A DNA stretch of 64,000 nucleotides, from NCBI GenBank assembly GCA_044377675.1, contig JBILYP010000007.1, positions 32,670 through 96,669 of the forward strand, given 5' to 3'. The number at the start of each line of letters is the position of its first letter. Within the stretch, counting starts at the first letter, position 1. The notes under the pieces are model-generated. The model saw only the letters and a program-made list of their open reading frames with translations, was not told the origin of the DNA and did no database searches. The position numbers and the translations under genes were made by a program. The stretch comes from Crocinitomicaceae bacterium (GTDB taxonomy: Bacteria > Bacteroidota > Bacteroidia > Flavobacteriales_D > Crocinitomicaceae). Below are positions 49,001-57,441 of this stretch, piece after piece.

Positions 49001-50253
49001 AAACAGATGTTAATAATGCTGCATACGAGTGTTTACCTGATGGTCCGGCTTATCTTGACCCATGTCAATATAGAGATGAGTCCGGTGTGGATCCTGACCA
49101 GAAATATGAGGCTTTATTAACTGGAACAATTGCACCGCACAGATTGGTTGGTTACCAAGCGGATTACATGCCTTTGGCTTATTATGGTACATTCACCGGT
49201 TCAAGTAAAACAAATGCATCCATTAGCTTTTTACCGAGTGTGAATATTATTTTGACCGCTGATAAATCAAAATGGACACGTTGTCCAGTAATTGAGTTGG
49301 GAAGAAATACGGCATTGAATGTTGGTTCTGCAGCACCAGGAGCAATGCGTAAGAGTACCAGTGTGAACAAAGAAGGCCAACCGGATGGGACAGGGAATGG
49401 AATGGGCTGGTTCCCGGGATATGCAGTGGATCTAGAATCTGGAGCACGTTTGTACATGGCATTTGGTGAGAATTCATTCCTAGGTGGAGAAAACGGAGCT
49501 GATATGAAATGGAATCCAACGGATCGTTTTATCAGTAATGTTGGAACACCACTGATGGGTGGAATGCATGCTATTTATGTATTTAGTTACAAACAAAAAT
49601 CAATAAACGGTTTTGCAAACGGATTTGATTTTCCAGCGTATGTTCCGTCTGAAGCAGAAGTAAATGGATCAAACTTCTTACAAAACAAGTGGTTGGAGGT
49701 TGAAACAAATAACACGCAGAGCAAAAAAGAATTATACGGTAGTTTATCATGGGTTTCTTATCCATTGTTACGTCCAACACAATCGTTGTTGTCAACTGAT
49801 GTAACAATCAAGCTTCGAGTGAATAAAGAATACAAGAACTTTGTAGGGTCTGGCGAGAATGGTGGCAAACCAATGTACTCTTGGAGTATGGATGATATTG
49901 CAACCGTAACAGCAGATAAGGATCAATTAGCAGAAGCGTTAAAAATGATTAATGTTGTACCAAATCCTTATTACGCATTCTCTGAGTATGAGAGAAATCG
50001 ATTAGACACACGTGTAAAAATCACTAATCTACCTAAAATATGTACAATTAATATTTATACAGTAAATGGAAAATTGGTTAGAACCTTTAAAAAAGATAGC
50101 GAAATCACTTCTCAAGATTGGGATTTAACAAATAACAAAAGTATTCCCGTTGCAAGTGGTGTATACTTAATACATGTTGAGATTCCAGGTATTGGAGAAA
50201 GGGTATTGAAGTTTATTGGAGGTATGCGTCAAGTTGATTTACAAGGAATTTAA
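46066..50253 (+). CDS. 1395-aa secreted protein of unknown function with a T9SS C-terminal sorting domain
   Basis: SPI-type signal peptide (TSNALA/YY). About 1290 aa with no assignable catalytic motif. DxDxDG-like site FYDRDGDGNYNPDSGDHP. C-terminal beta-sandwich with VVPNP...INIYTVNGKLV...SGVYLIHVE. Confidence 0.75.
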   Translation: MKKQLFAALFGITIVTSNALAYYGPNDKSNKPVSKPKGANCSPATAKLYMEFNDVKALIEQGGSMFQNRQAGVAAYEVPKGSNLFAIFAGALWMGGTDVNGQLKLAALRYRQGNDFWPGPLTVTPGTGTFNPGSPVGDDAIRDFGEANIDPDQCIAFDKFYTIKKAEVIRFNIWWECNNGVTTEGCDDITVPTNDELNRIYGWPAHGDVSRGQDYFLAPFYDRDGDGNYNPDSGDHPWYDDILGRDDIECGVDRRVSLYGDETHWWVFNDKGNIHTETNGDPIGMEIRAQAFSFATNDEINRMTFYNYELINRGTQTLYNTYFSQFLDADLGNYADDYTGCDVSRGLGYMYNGDLNDESDGGKLGYGENPPAIGCDFFEGPYQDADGIDNTGPYFDEATQTEVVPTVVEALANDGIIYKGIGIGYSDGIVDNERFGMRRFTYFTSTSAYPYNDPGPASEYYNFMKGNWANGSQMFYGGLGYTGSNGVTTTESSYMFPGDSDPLHWSTGGEDMTSNPNFANGWSEATSNNPAGDRRFVQSAGPFTLKPGAINNITVGIVYGRSTDGGLMASVDAMKRADTKAQALFDACFKILSPPDAPKVLIQELENELIIMLENPSSSNNYQEGYKELDEVNIPDPTVDRYYRFEGYQIFQLKSSDVSVADISDPTKARLVAQCDIKNDISRLINFEFDESLGFSVPVEKVDGDNTGIRHSFKVTDDAFAQGQRTLVNHKTYYYVAVAYAYNQFKKYDPNDPELLDGQKIPFISSRLNYDGTAISAYEAVPHSPIPEAGGTMQMIEYGSSPQITRLDGYGNGNRSLDFTPATLTQILTDGFMENPTYDYGKGPINIKVVDPLALAPGYFECKFRDYTAPTTGNGTDTASWVVYQYDKKGGSIIDSVSSDQTIAVDNEQIIPKWGISVQIHQENYYFASGSGNVSAKYTDMIESSIEFADSSKRWLTGVSDNDAYFPTNWVRSGDYAPETDVNNAAYECLPDGPAYLDPCQYRDESGVDPDQKYEALLTGTIAPHRLVGYQADYMPLAYYGTFTGSSKTNASISFLPSVNIILTADKSKWTRCPVIELGRNTALNVGSAAPGAMRKSTSVNKEGQPDGTGNGMGWFPGYAVDLESGARLYMAFGENSFLGGENGADMKWNPTDRFISNVGTPLMGGMHAIYVFSYKQKSINGFANGFDFPAYVPSEAEVNGSNFLQNKWLEVETNNTQSKKELYGSLSWVSYPLLRPTQSLLSTDVTIKLRVNKEYKNFVGSGENGGKPMYSWSMDDIATVTADKDQLAEALKMINVVPNPYYAFSEYERNRLDTRVKITNLPKICTINIYTVNGKLVRTFKKDSEITSQDWDLTNNKSIPVASGVYLIHVEIPGIGERVLKFIGGMRQVDLQGI
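49948..50250 (+). other. T9SS C-terminal sorting domain (type A-like) of the 1395-aa protein
   Basis: INVVPNPYY...KICTINIYTVNGKLVRTF...WDLTNNKSIPVASGVYLIHVEIPGIGERVLKFI follows the PNP / IYD..G / SGVY / K-hydrophobic pattern of Por secretion tails. Confidence 0.65.
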
Positions 50254-50273
50254 ATTAAGTAAGCACTATTGAT

Positions 50274-51338
50274 ATGAAAAATAGATTGAATAAAACATTA
50301 GTAGGATTGGTTGCAGCAGGTGTTGTACTATCTTCAAGTTTATTTGCTGGAAATGAAGACAGAATTGGTTCTGCTGGTGCATCTCATTTGTTAATTAATC
50401 CATGGGCTAGGGGTTCAGCAATGGGTGATGCAGGTATTGCTAATATGAATGGATTAGAAGCTACTTTCACAAATGTTGCGGGTTTGGCTTTTACAGATAA
50501 AACTCAAATTAAGTTCAATTATTCAAATTGGATGGGTAATGCTGGAATTAGTTTAAATAGTGCTGGATTTGCTCAACGAATATCTGAATCTAGTGTGTTT
50601 TCAGTAAGTGTACAATCTTTAAATTATGGTGATATTCCAATTACTACGGTTGCAAATCCTGAAGGAAATATAGGTTTCTTTTCTCCCCGCGCTAACATTT
50701 TTAATGTTGCTTATGCAAAGGAGTTTTCATCATCTATCTCTGGTGGTATTAATTTCAAAGTTATTTCAGAAAACATCTCTAATATGAAAGCCACAGGAGT
50801 TGCAATTGATGCGGGTATTCGATATGTAACAGGGGAACAAGATCAAATAAAATTTGGAATAGCCTTAAAAAATGTTGGTCCTGTAATGAAATATAGAGGT
50901 GATGGTTTGGCACAACAAGTTTCCTATGTATCTACTGGTTTTATCGGAAGTTTGGAAAATAGATCTGCAACATACGAAATGCCTTCTTTGTTATCAATTG
51001 GAGGTTCATATGATTTCATCTTCACTGAAGCCAATAAATTGAACGTTGCTTTTGCGTTTACTGCTAATTCTTTTTCAAAAGATCAGTTTAGATTAGGTTT
51101 AGATTATGCGATGACCACTGATAAGATGGCATTTAATTTAAGAGGAGGATATATTTACGAAAAAGGTCTCTATTCTGCAGAGAATAGATCTAATGCATTA
51201 TTAGGTCCTACAGCAGGATTTTCTATAGATGCGCTTGTTGGAAAAAGTAAAAGTGCATTAGGATTAGAGTATTGTGCTCGTTTTGCTGGAGTTTTCGGCA
51301 TCATACACACAATTGGAGCTACTATTTCTTTGAAATAA
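50274..51338 (+). CDS. PorV/PorQ-family (FadL-like) outer-membrane barrel protein
   Basis: Signal peptide, then the N-terminal motif GSAGASHLLINPWARGSAMGDAGIANMNGLEATFTNVAGLAF, similar to my recollection of the PorV (LptO) N-terminal region. Alternating beta-strand body of 354 aa. Confidence 0.65.
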   Translation: MKNRLNKTLVGLVAAGVVLSSSLFAGNEDRIGSAGASHLLINPWARGSAMGDAGIANMNGLEATFTNVAGLAFTDKTQIKFNYSNWMGNAGISLNSAGFAQRISESSVFSVSVQSLNYGDIPITTVANPEGNIGFFSPRANIFNVAYAKEFSSSISGGINFKVISENISNMKATGVAIDAGIRYVTGEQDQIKFGIALKNVGPVMKYRGDGLAQQVSYVSTGFIGSLENRSATYEMPSLLSIGGSYDFIFTEANKLNVAFAFTANSFSKDQFRLGLDYAMTTDKMAFNLRGGYIYEKGLYSAENRSNALLGPTAGFSIDALVGKSKSALGLEYCARFAGVFGIIHTIGATISLK

Positions 51339-51362
51339 AAAGTAATTATTATATATTTGTTA

Positions 51363-51394
51363 AAGAGAGCCTCACAGGGCTCTCTTCTTTGTTT
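51363..51394 (+). terminator. intrinsic terminator after the three-gene outer-membrane operon
   Basis: Perfect 9-bp stem AAGAGAGCC / GGCTCTCTT, 6-nt loop and a T-rich tail CTTTGTTT. Confidence 0.7.
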
Positions 51395-51414
51395 AACTCG
51401 ATAATATTTAATGT

Positions 51415-51888
51415 ATGTCACAAATAAATTATTATACTGCAGAAGGCTTGCAAAAATTGAAAAATGAATTGTATAATATGAAGACAGTTCAGCGGCCATC
51501 TATTTCTGAACAAATTGCTGAAGCCCGTGATAAAGGAGATTTATCGGAAAATGCTGAATATGATGCTGCTAAAGAGGCTCAGGGTTTGTTAGAGATGAAA
51601 ATTTCTAAATTCGAAAATATTATTGCTAATGCTCGGTTAATCGATGAGACGCATATTGATAATTCCAAAGTTTTTATACTTTCCAATGTGAAGATAAAAA
51701 ATATAGCGAATGGAATGGAAATGAATTATATTTTAGTAGCTGAAAATGAAGCGGATATTAAACTCAAAAAGATTTCCGTTGATTCACCGATTGGAAAAGG
51801 ATTATTGGGTAAAAAAGTGGGTGATACCGCTGATGTTCAAACACCAGGTGGTATTCTTCGATTCGAGATTTTGAATATTTCCCGTTAA
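51415..51888 (+). CDS. greA: transcription elongation factor GreA
   Basis: 157 aa with an N-terminal coiled coil (AEARDKGDLSENAEYDAAKE) and a C-terminal FKBP-like domain. Confidence 0.92.
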   Translation: MSQINYYTAEGLQKLKNELYNMKTVQRPSISEQIAEARDKGDLSENAEYDAAKEAQGLLEMKISKFENIIANARLIDETHIDNSKVFILSNVKIKNIANGMEMNYILVAENEADIKLKKISVDSPIGKGLLGKKVGDTADVQTPGGILRFEILNISR

Positions 51889-52280
51889 TGTCAACAGTGT
51901 TTTCTGAAATTGTAGCTGGTGAAATCCCATGTTACAAGATTGCTGAGAATGATAATTTTTTGGCCTTTTTGGATGTAAATCCATTAGTTGCTGGTCATAC
52001 CTTGGTGATTCCAAAAATTGAACAAGATTACATTTTTGATCTAGATAATCAAGTATTAGAATCTTTGATCGTGTTTTCAAAGGAAGTGGCGGTTAAGTTA
52101 AAAAAAGCTATTCCATGCAAAAGGATAGGAGTTTCGGTAATTGGACTGGAAGTTCCACATGCTCATATCCATTTAATACCAATTAACTCCATTCAGGACA
52201 TGAATTTTAGTAAGGAGAAGGCTTCTTTTAGTCCATCAGAATTGGAAGATCTTCAAAATCAAATTTTGTCTGTGAATTGA
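51888..52280 (+). CDS. HIT family hydrolase
   Basis: Histidine triad HAHIHLIP. The ATG overlaps the greA TAA by 1 nt. Confidence 0.88.
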   Translation: MSTVFSEIVAGEIPCYKIAENDNFLAFLDVNPLVAGHTLVIPKIEQDYIFDLDNQVLESLIVFSKEVAVKLKKAIPCKRIGVSVIGLEVPHAHIHLIPINSIQDMNFSKEKASFSPSELEDLQNQILSVN

Positions 52281-52281
52281 T

Positions 52282-53301
52282 TTAAATCTCCTTTAACTTT
52301 TCAAGGGTATAATTGACTTGTTCAGCTGATACATTCAAATGAGTAACGAAACGAATCATTCCTGGTCCAAAGGCAATTGTTTTTATTCCTTTGTTCGCTA
52401 ATTCTTGAATAATATAGTCTCTTTTTGTTTCTTCTTTTAAAACAACTACAATTATATTAGTTTCAACAGCTACAATTTCTTTTATCCAAGAAAAGCTATG
52501 CATGGTTTCACTAAGTAATTTTGCATGAAAATGGTCAATCGCTAGTCGATCCACATTATGCTCAAGAGCATATAATCCCGCCGCTGCAATAATTCCTGCT
52601 TGTCTCATTCCGCCACCAAATACTTTACGAACTCGATGGGCTTTTTTAATGAAATCATTGGATCCGATTAATACTGATCCAATTGGCGCACCTAGTCCTT
52701 TCGATAAACAGAGTGAAATTGAATCAAATTGCTGAGCATATTCTTTTGGGTCTATTTTGGTTTCAATCAATGCATTCATTAATCGAGCACCATCTAAATG
52801 TAGTGGGATTTTTTTACTTCGCGAAAAATCACTGATATTTTTGATATCTTCGAAATTATATATAGCACCACCACCACGATTCGCAGTGTCTTCAAGAGAA
52901 ATTAACTGAGTTAATGGAAAATGAACATCGTGTTCTGGATTGATCCATTTTTCTATTTGTTCTTTAGTAATACGGCCACGATTACCTTGTAGCAAACGAA
53001 CAGAAGCACCAGAGTTTTTTGCGATTCCACCACCTTCATATTTATAAATGTGGCTTTCTTCATGACATATAACTTCACCTCCAGGTTGAACATGAACATT
53101 TATGGCAATTTGGTTTGTTTGTGTACCAGATGAACAAAATAACGATGCTTCTTTACCGAAGTAATTAGCTACATAATTTTGCAAGGCATTAACAGTTGGG
53201 TCTTCACCAAATACGTCGTCTCCCGTTTCAGCGCTAAACATTGCATCTAACATTGCCGTTGATGGTTTTGTTACAGTATCACTTCTAAAATCTACAATCA
53301 T
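52282..53301 (-). CDS. ltaE: low-specificity L-threonine aldolase
   Basis: N-terminal DFRSDTVTKP and a PLP fold-type I body with the SLCLSKGLGAPIGS Lys context. Confidence 0.85.
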   Translation of the reverse strand: MIVDFRSDTVTKPSTAMLDAMFSAETGDDVFGEDPTVNALQNYVANYFGKEASLFCSSGTQTNQIAINVHVQPGGEVICHEESHIYKYEGGGIAKNSGASVRLLQGNRGRITKEQIEKWINPEHDVHFPLTQLISLEDTANRGGGAIYNFEDIKNISDFSRSKKIPLHLDGARLMNALIETKIDPKEYAQQFDSISLCLSKGLGAPIGSVLIGSNDFIKKAHRVRKVFGGGMRQAGIIAAAGLYALEHNVDRLAIDHFHAKLLSETMHSFSWIKEIVAVETNIIVVVLKEETKRDYIIQELANKGIKTIAFGPGMIRFVTHLNVSAEQVNYTLEKLKEI

Positions 53302-53350
53302 ATTTTATTTATTGCTACAAAGCTATTACTTTCGTTTAAAATAAGTTGAA

Positions 53351-54124
53351 TTGGAGTTAATTATTATTCTTTTGGTTGTGTTGTTAGGAAGTGTGTTATC
53401 CTTCTTCTCAGGTTTTGGATTGGGTACAATTTTACTTCCAACATTTTCTCTGTTTTTCTCTATTGAGTTGGCTATTTTTGCTACGGCAATCGTGCATTTT
53501 TTTAATTCCTTTTTCAAATTTACTTTTATATTCCGTTCTATAAATGTTAGATTGCTTCTCAAATTTGGCGGAACTGCAATTCCATTTGCTTTGCTCGGTG
53601 CTTGGATTTTAAAAAAAGTAGATAAGTCAATCTTATTAATTCAGTATGATTTTCCGTTCTATCAACAAGATGTTTCCTTAATTCAATTTAGTATTGGTCT
53701 TGTTATGATTACATTTGCTTTCGTTGAATTATTTTTGAAGAAGAAACAATTTAACACTTCTGATATAGGGCTTTATTTTGGAGGTGCATTGAGTGGTTTT
53801 TTTGGTGGATTTTCCGGTCATCAAGGTGCTCTTCGCGCAATGTTTTTATCAAAAACTAATGTCACTAAGGAAGAATTCGTTGCCACATCAAGTACGATTG
53901 GTTTACTCATTGACCTAACTAGAATTGGAGTTTACACCTCTTATATTCCCATTTTAGCCAGCTCATCCATTCATTTTACATTAGTAGCTGCAATTGTCGT
54001 GGCATTTTGCGGAAGTTATTTAGGGTCAAAAATCTTACAGAAAACAACAATGAAAGTTGTTCAATTTTTAGTTTCAATCCTTTTGATGTGTGTAGGCTTT
54101 TTACTGATTTTGGGACTGCTCTAA
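53351..54124 (+). CDS. TauE/SafE family sulfite/anion exporter
   Basis: Polytopic membrane protein with duplicated GxGGG-like motifs (FFSGFGLGTILLP; GFFGGFSGHQGA). Apparent TTG start. Confidence 0.7.
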   Translation: MELIIILLVVLLGSVLSFFSGFGLGTILLPTFSLFFSIELAIFATAIVHFFNSFFKFTFIFRSINVRLLLKFGGTAIPFALLGAWILKKVDKSILLIQYDFPFYQQDVSLIQFSIGLVMITFAFVELFLKKKQFNTSDIGLYFGGALSGFFGGFSGHQGALRAMFLSKTNVTKEEFVATSSTIGLLIDLTRIGVYTSYIPILASSSIHFTLVAAIVVAFCGSYLGSKILQKTTMKVVQFLVSILLMCVGFLLILGLL

Positions 54125-54598
54125 TATGATAGGTTTACCAAAGATTTCTTCCACTTTTGCAAATCGATAATCAAAGATTTCTTTTAATTTTTTTTGAACT
54201 ACCAGGGGATGCGCCAATCTACCAAGTATACCTAGTGGGATTTCATAGGAAACAATATCAGACATTTCAACTCCGTTAGGGATTTCTTTGAAATGATGTT
54301 CGTGGTGCCAGATACGATAAGGTCCTTTTCTTTGTTCATCAACAAAATATTTCAAATTTTCCACGTGTGTTATTTCCGTTATCCAATTCATTGGTATGCC
54401 CAAAAGTGGTTTTACACGATATTCAATCATCAATCCTGGATACATTTTTTCAGAAATATCTACGAGAATATCAAACCCCATGTAGCTTGGTGTAATTGCT
54501 TTTAAATTAGCTGGAGATGAAAAAAAATCCCAACATGTTTTTATGTCAGTCGGTATTATTTGCTTTGTTTTTAATTGGTACATAACTCGTTTATTCAT
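54101..54598 (-). CDS. SRPBCC superfamily protein
   Basis: YQLKTKQIIPTDIKTCWDFFSSPANLKAITP... is typical of the START/SRPBCC-like fold family. First ATG is at 54598. Confidence 0.65.
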   Translation of the reverse strand: MNKRVMYQLKTKQIIPTDIKTCWDFFSSPANLKAITPSYMGFDILVDISEKMYPGLMIEYRVKPLLGIPMNWITEITHVENLKYFVDEQRKGPYRIWHHEHHFKEIPNGVEMSDIVSYEIPLGILGRLAHPLVVQKKLKEIFDYRFAKVEEIFGKPIILEQSQNQ

Positions 54599-54924
54599 AA
54601 ACAATCAAAACCTGAAATTGGTTTAAATGATAATTCGATTGAAAATTTACTGTTACCTTTATTGTATGGAAATGGAATTTGGTTTTTCTCATCAACTTAT
54701 TCAAAATTGTAGATCAACTTATCAATTATGGAGATGTAATAATCAAGAATTTTGGTTTCACGCAGTTGACTTTTTTCTAAATGAGACATTTCTAAAGAAG
54801 AAAATGGCCGAAATGTATAATTCCGAGCGTAAAAGTTTGGGTTATAATTATATTTCGCATTTATGAACTGTTTTTCATGCACCAATACTACCAGAATATC
54901 TAAGCCCATTCCAAACCAAATCGT

Positions 54925-56127
54925 ATGAATATACCTGTTGATTTTCCTATTGCATATTTGAATAGTAACGATGGCTCTGCTATGCTTGCTTTTGGCGAAA
55001 TCGATAGTTTAACAGTATTAACAGGAGGTTCCTGGGAACTAGTAGATAGTTTTTTGTTAAAACACGCGGATAAATACATTTTTGGCGGTTTAAATTATAA
55101 TTTAAAAAACGAAGTTGAATCGCTTTCAACTCGGAATATAGATCAGCATGAATTTCCATTGGTTCAATTATTTGTTCCTGCTTGCGTTGTGAAATTAGAC
55201 CACGAGAATTTCGAATTTTTGCAAGGGGATAAGAACAATTCGAACTTTGAATTTTTAAATTATTTTCTGGAAGAAGAAACCGATCAGAATTTTCATTTAT
55301 TGAATATTGATTGGAAATCGCGCACGACAAAAGAACGTTATTTGTATTGTGTTGAGGAGTTAAAAAAGCATATTGCTTTAGGAGACATTTATGAAATCAA
55401 TTATTGTCAAGAGTTTTTTGCTGAAGGGGTAAAAATCGATTATCCCCTGGATTTTTATTTTAAGTTAAACGAAATAACGAAAGCACCTTTTTCTGCATTT
55501 TTTCAAATGAAAGAGAACATCATTTTTTGTGGTAGTCCAGAACGTTTTATAAAAAGAACACAAAACAAAGTAATTTCTCAACCTATTAAAGGTACTGCGA
55601 AAAGAAATACAGACCCAATTGAAGATTTGCGCTTACTTCAAAATTTAAAATCGGATTCAAAAGAACGCGCTGAAAACATAATGATTGTAGATTTGGTGCG
55701 GAATGATTTATCTAAAATTGCTCTTCCAAACTCTGTGCAAGTTGATGAATTATGCGTGATATATTCATTTGAAACGGTTCACCAAATGATTTCTACCATT
55801 TCATGCGAGGTAGATCCAAAAACGTCTTTTACTGATATTATTAGGGCTACTTTTCCAATGGGTTCAATGACGGGCGCGCCCAAACTTAGAGCAATGCAAT
55901 TGATTGATGAATTTGAGGATTTTTCTCGTGGCATCTATTCAGGAACAATAGGATATATTGCACCCAATGGTGACTTTGATTTAAATGTTGTTATTCGAAG
56001 TATGATTTATAACACGAAAACAAATTATCTTTCTTGTCCAGTCGGTGGTGCTATTACAATTGATTCTGACCCAGAAAAGGAGTATGAAGAATGCCAGACT
56101 AAAATATCCCGTATTTTAAATATGTAA
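54925..56127 (+). CDS. pabB: aminodeoxychorismate synthase component I (chorismate-binding enzyme, short form)
   Basis: Chorismate-binding motifs SPERF, IKGTAKR, NIMIVDLVRND and PMGSMTGAPK. Confidence 0.8.
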   Translation: MNIPVDFPIAYLNSNDGSAMLAFGEIDSLTVLTGGSWELVDSFLLKHADKYIFGGLNYNLKNEVESLSTRNIDQHEFPLVQLFVPACVVKLDHENFEFLQGDKNNSNFEFLNYFLEEETDQNFHLLNIDWKSRTTKERYLYCVEELKKHIALGDIYEINYCQEFFAEGVKIDYPLDFYFKLNEITKAPFSAFFQMKENIIFCGSPERFIKRTQNKVISQPIKGTAKRNTDPIEDLRLLQNLKSDSKERAENIMIVDLVRNDLSKIALPNSVQVDELCVIYSFETVHQMISTISCEVDPKTSFTDIIRATFPMGSMTGAPKLRAMQLIDEFEDFSRGIYSGTIGYIAPNGDFDLNVVIRSMIYNTKTNYLSCPVGGAITIDSDPEKEYEECQTKISRILNM

Positions 56128-57389
56128 TGCAAGCAATTCAATTAGTCATAAATCAGATAAAGGAAGCACTTGGAACCAGACATATCTTTGTAGCTGTTAG
56201 TGGCGGAGTTGATTCCATGTTAATGCTAGAACTTGCTAGAGAACATTTTGCCGTCACTGCACTTCATGTAAATTATCAGTTAAGAGGAAATGCAAGCGAA
56301 TTGGATGAGGAATTTGTCCGGGATTACTGTTTGAAAAATAATATCGATCTAGTTGTTTTCAACTATGATTTAGGTAGTGAATTACAACTCAAAAAATCAA
56401 ATCTTCAAAATCGAGCGCGCGAAATACGGTATGATTTCTTTAGGAAGCAATTAGAACAATCTCCTGAATCCTTCTTGTTTGTTGCCCATCATGCGGATGA
56501 TCAAGTAGAAACTTTTTTTATTCAATATTTTAGAAATGCTGGAATTGCTGGGTTATCCGGGATGAAATTATTAACCAATAGACTTGTTCGTCCATTTTTA
56601 CCCTTTACAAAAACGGAATTAACAACTCATGCCCAAGAAATTGGATTAAGTTGGCGCGAAGATCAATCTAATAGGAAGAATGATTATTTACGAAACAAAT
56701 TTAGGAACCAACTTATTCCTGCTCTTGAAAAAGAGATACCTACAATTCGAAAGTCTGTTTTGAAAATCATGGATTGTTTGAAAGAAAATCAAACTATTTT
56801 AGAAAAAGAAGCAATGCATCTGGTGGAAAGAATAAAAGCGGATCGAAAAATCGAAATAACCGAATTATGTAATCTAACCAACGAACTTACCGTTGAGCTG
56901 TTTCATCAATTGGAAGTGCCAACCCATTATTTAGTGCATTGGAATAATTTAATTAAGGCCCAGAAAGGTTCCAAAATAGTACTGTCTCATTGTAATCTAG
57001 TTACTTCAATTATTCGTGAAGAAAATTCTTTTTATTTTCAATTTGCTAATTCTGATGATAAGGTTATACCGCAAATCAAAGTTACGGCTGTAGATAAACT
57101 CCCGGAAAACTTTTCAAAGTCAGTTATTTATTTTGATAAGCAAAAAATTAAAGGTGATTTTTCTATTCGATTGTGGCAAATTGGTGATCGAATTTATCCG
57201 CTAGGATTGAAGGGTTCTAAATTAATTAGTAATGTTTTGACTATGGCAAAAGTTCCACATGCCGAAAGATTGAATCAGTGGCTTATCTGCGATGAAGAAA
57301 AAATCCTCGTGTGTATAAATCATTGTATTGACCGGAGAGCTATAGCTTCTTCGCTTACAAGGGATATACTTGCTATTGAAGTTCAATAA
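56127..57389 (+). CDS. tilS: tRNA(Ile)-lysidine synthetase
   Basis: PP-loop VAVSGGVDSM, HHADDQVETF and a TilS C-terminal domain. The ATG overlaps the pabB TAA by 1 nt. Confidence 0.9.
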   Translation: MQAIQLVINQIKEALGTRHIFVAVSGGVDSMLMLELAREHFAVTALHVNYQLRGNASELDEEFVRDYCLKNNIDLVVFNYDLGSELQLKKSNLQNRAREIRYDFFRKQLEQSPESFLFVAHHADDQVETFFIQYFRNAGIAGLSGMKLLTNRLVRPFLPFTKTELTTHAQEIGLSWREDQSNRKNDYLRNKFRNQLIPALEKEIPTIRKSVLKIMDCLKENQTILEKEAMHLVERIKADRKIEITELCNLTNELTVELFHQLEVPTHYLVHWNNLIKAQKGSKIVLSHCNLVTSIIREENSFYFQFANSDDKVIPQIKVTAVDKLPENFSKSVIYFDKQKIKGDFSIRLWQIGDRIYPLGLKGSKLISNVLTMAKVPHAERLNQWLICDEEKILVCINHCIDRRAIASSLTRDILAIEVQ

Positions 57390-57441
57390 ATCACTTTTTT
57401 GTTTTGAAATATGAACGAAAGAAAAGCGTTACTTTTGAAGT

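Noticed and set aside
46631-49807. Cluster of 60-91-aa minus-strand ORFs inside the 1395-aa gene (for example 48199-48474, 49182-49457, 49247-49519).
   Set aside because: These are antisense shadow ORFs fully embedded in a long, well-supported coding frame. Their composition is odd (His/Cys/Leu-rich) and they have no promoter context.
46066-50253. Considered that the 1395-aa protein upstream of the PorV-like gene is PorU, the T9SS sortase. I recall porU-porV being a common adjacent pair.
   Set aside because: I cannot find a gingipain/C25-type His (GHG-like) or Cys catalytic motif context. The protein is preceded by a TonB-dependent-type barrel rather than the usual porU neighbourhood. This was rejected by eye only, and a peptidase C25/PorU profile search is needed to be sure.
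51352-51359. TATATTTG -7-like box upstream of greA.
   Set aside because: It lies before, not after, the strong terminator hairpin at 51363-51394, so a transcript starting there would run straight into the terminator. It is most likely a chance match in AT-rich sequence.
53326-53562. 78-aa minus-strand ORF overlapping the 5' end of the TauE/SafE gene.
   Set aside because: It is antisense to a clear polytopic membrane protein frame. The Lys/Asn-rich low-complexity translation is typical of AT-rich antisense frames.
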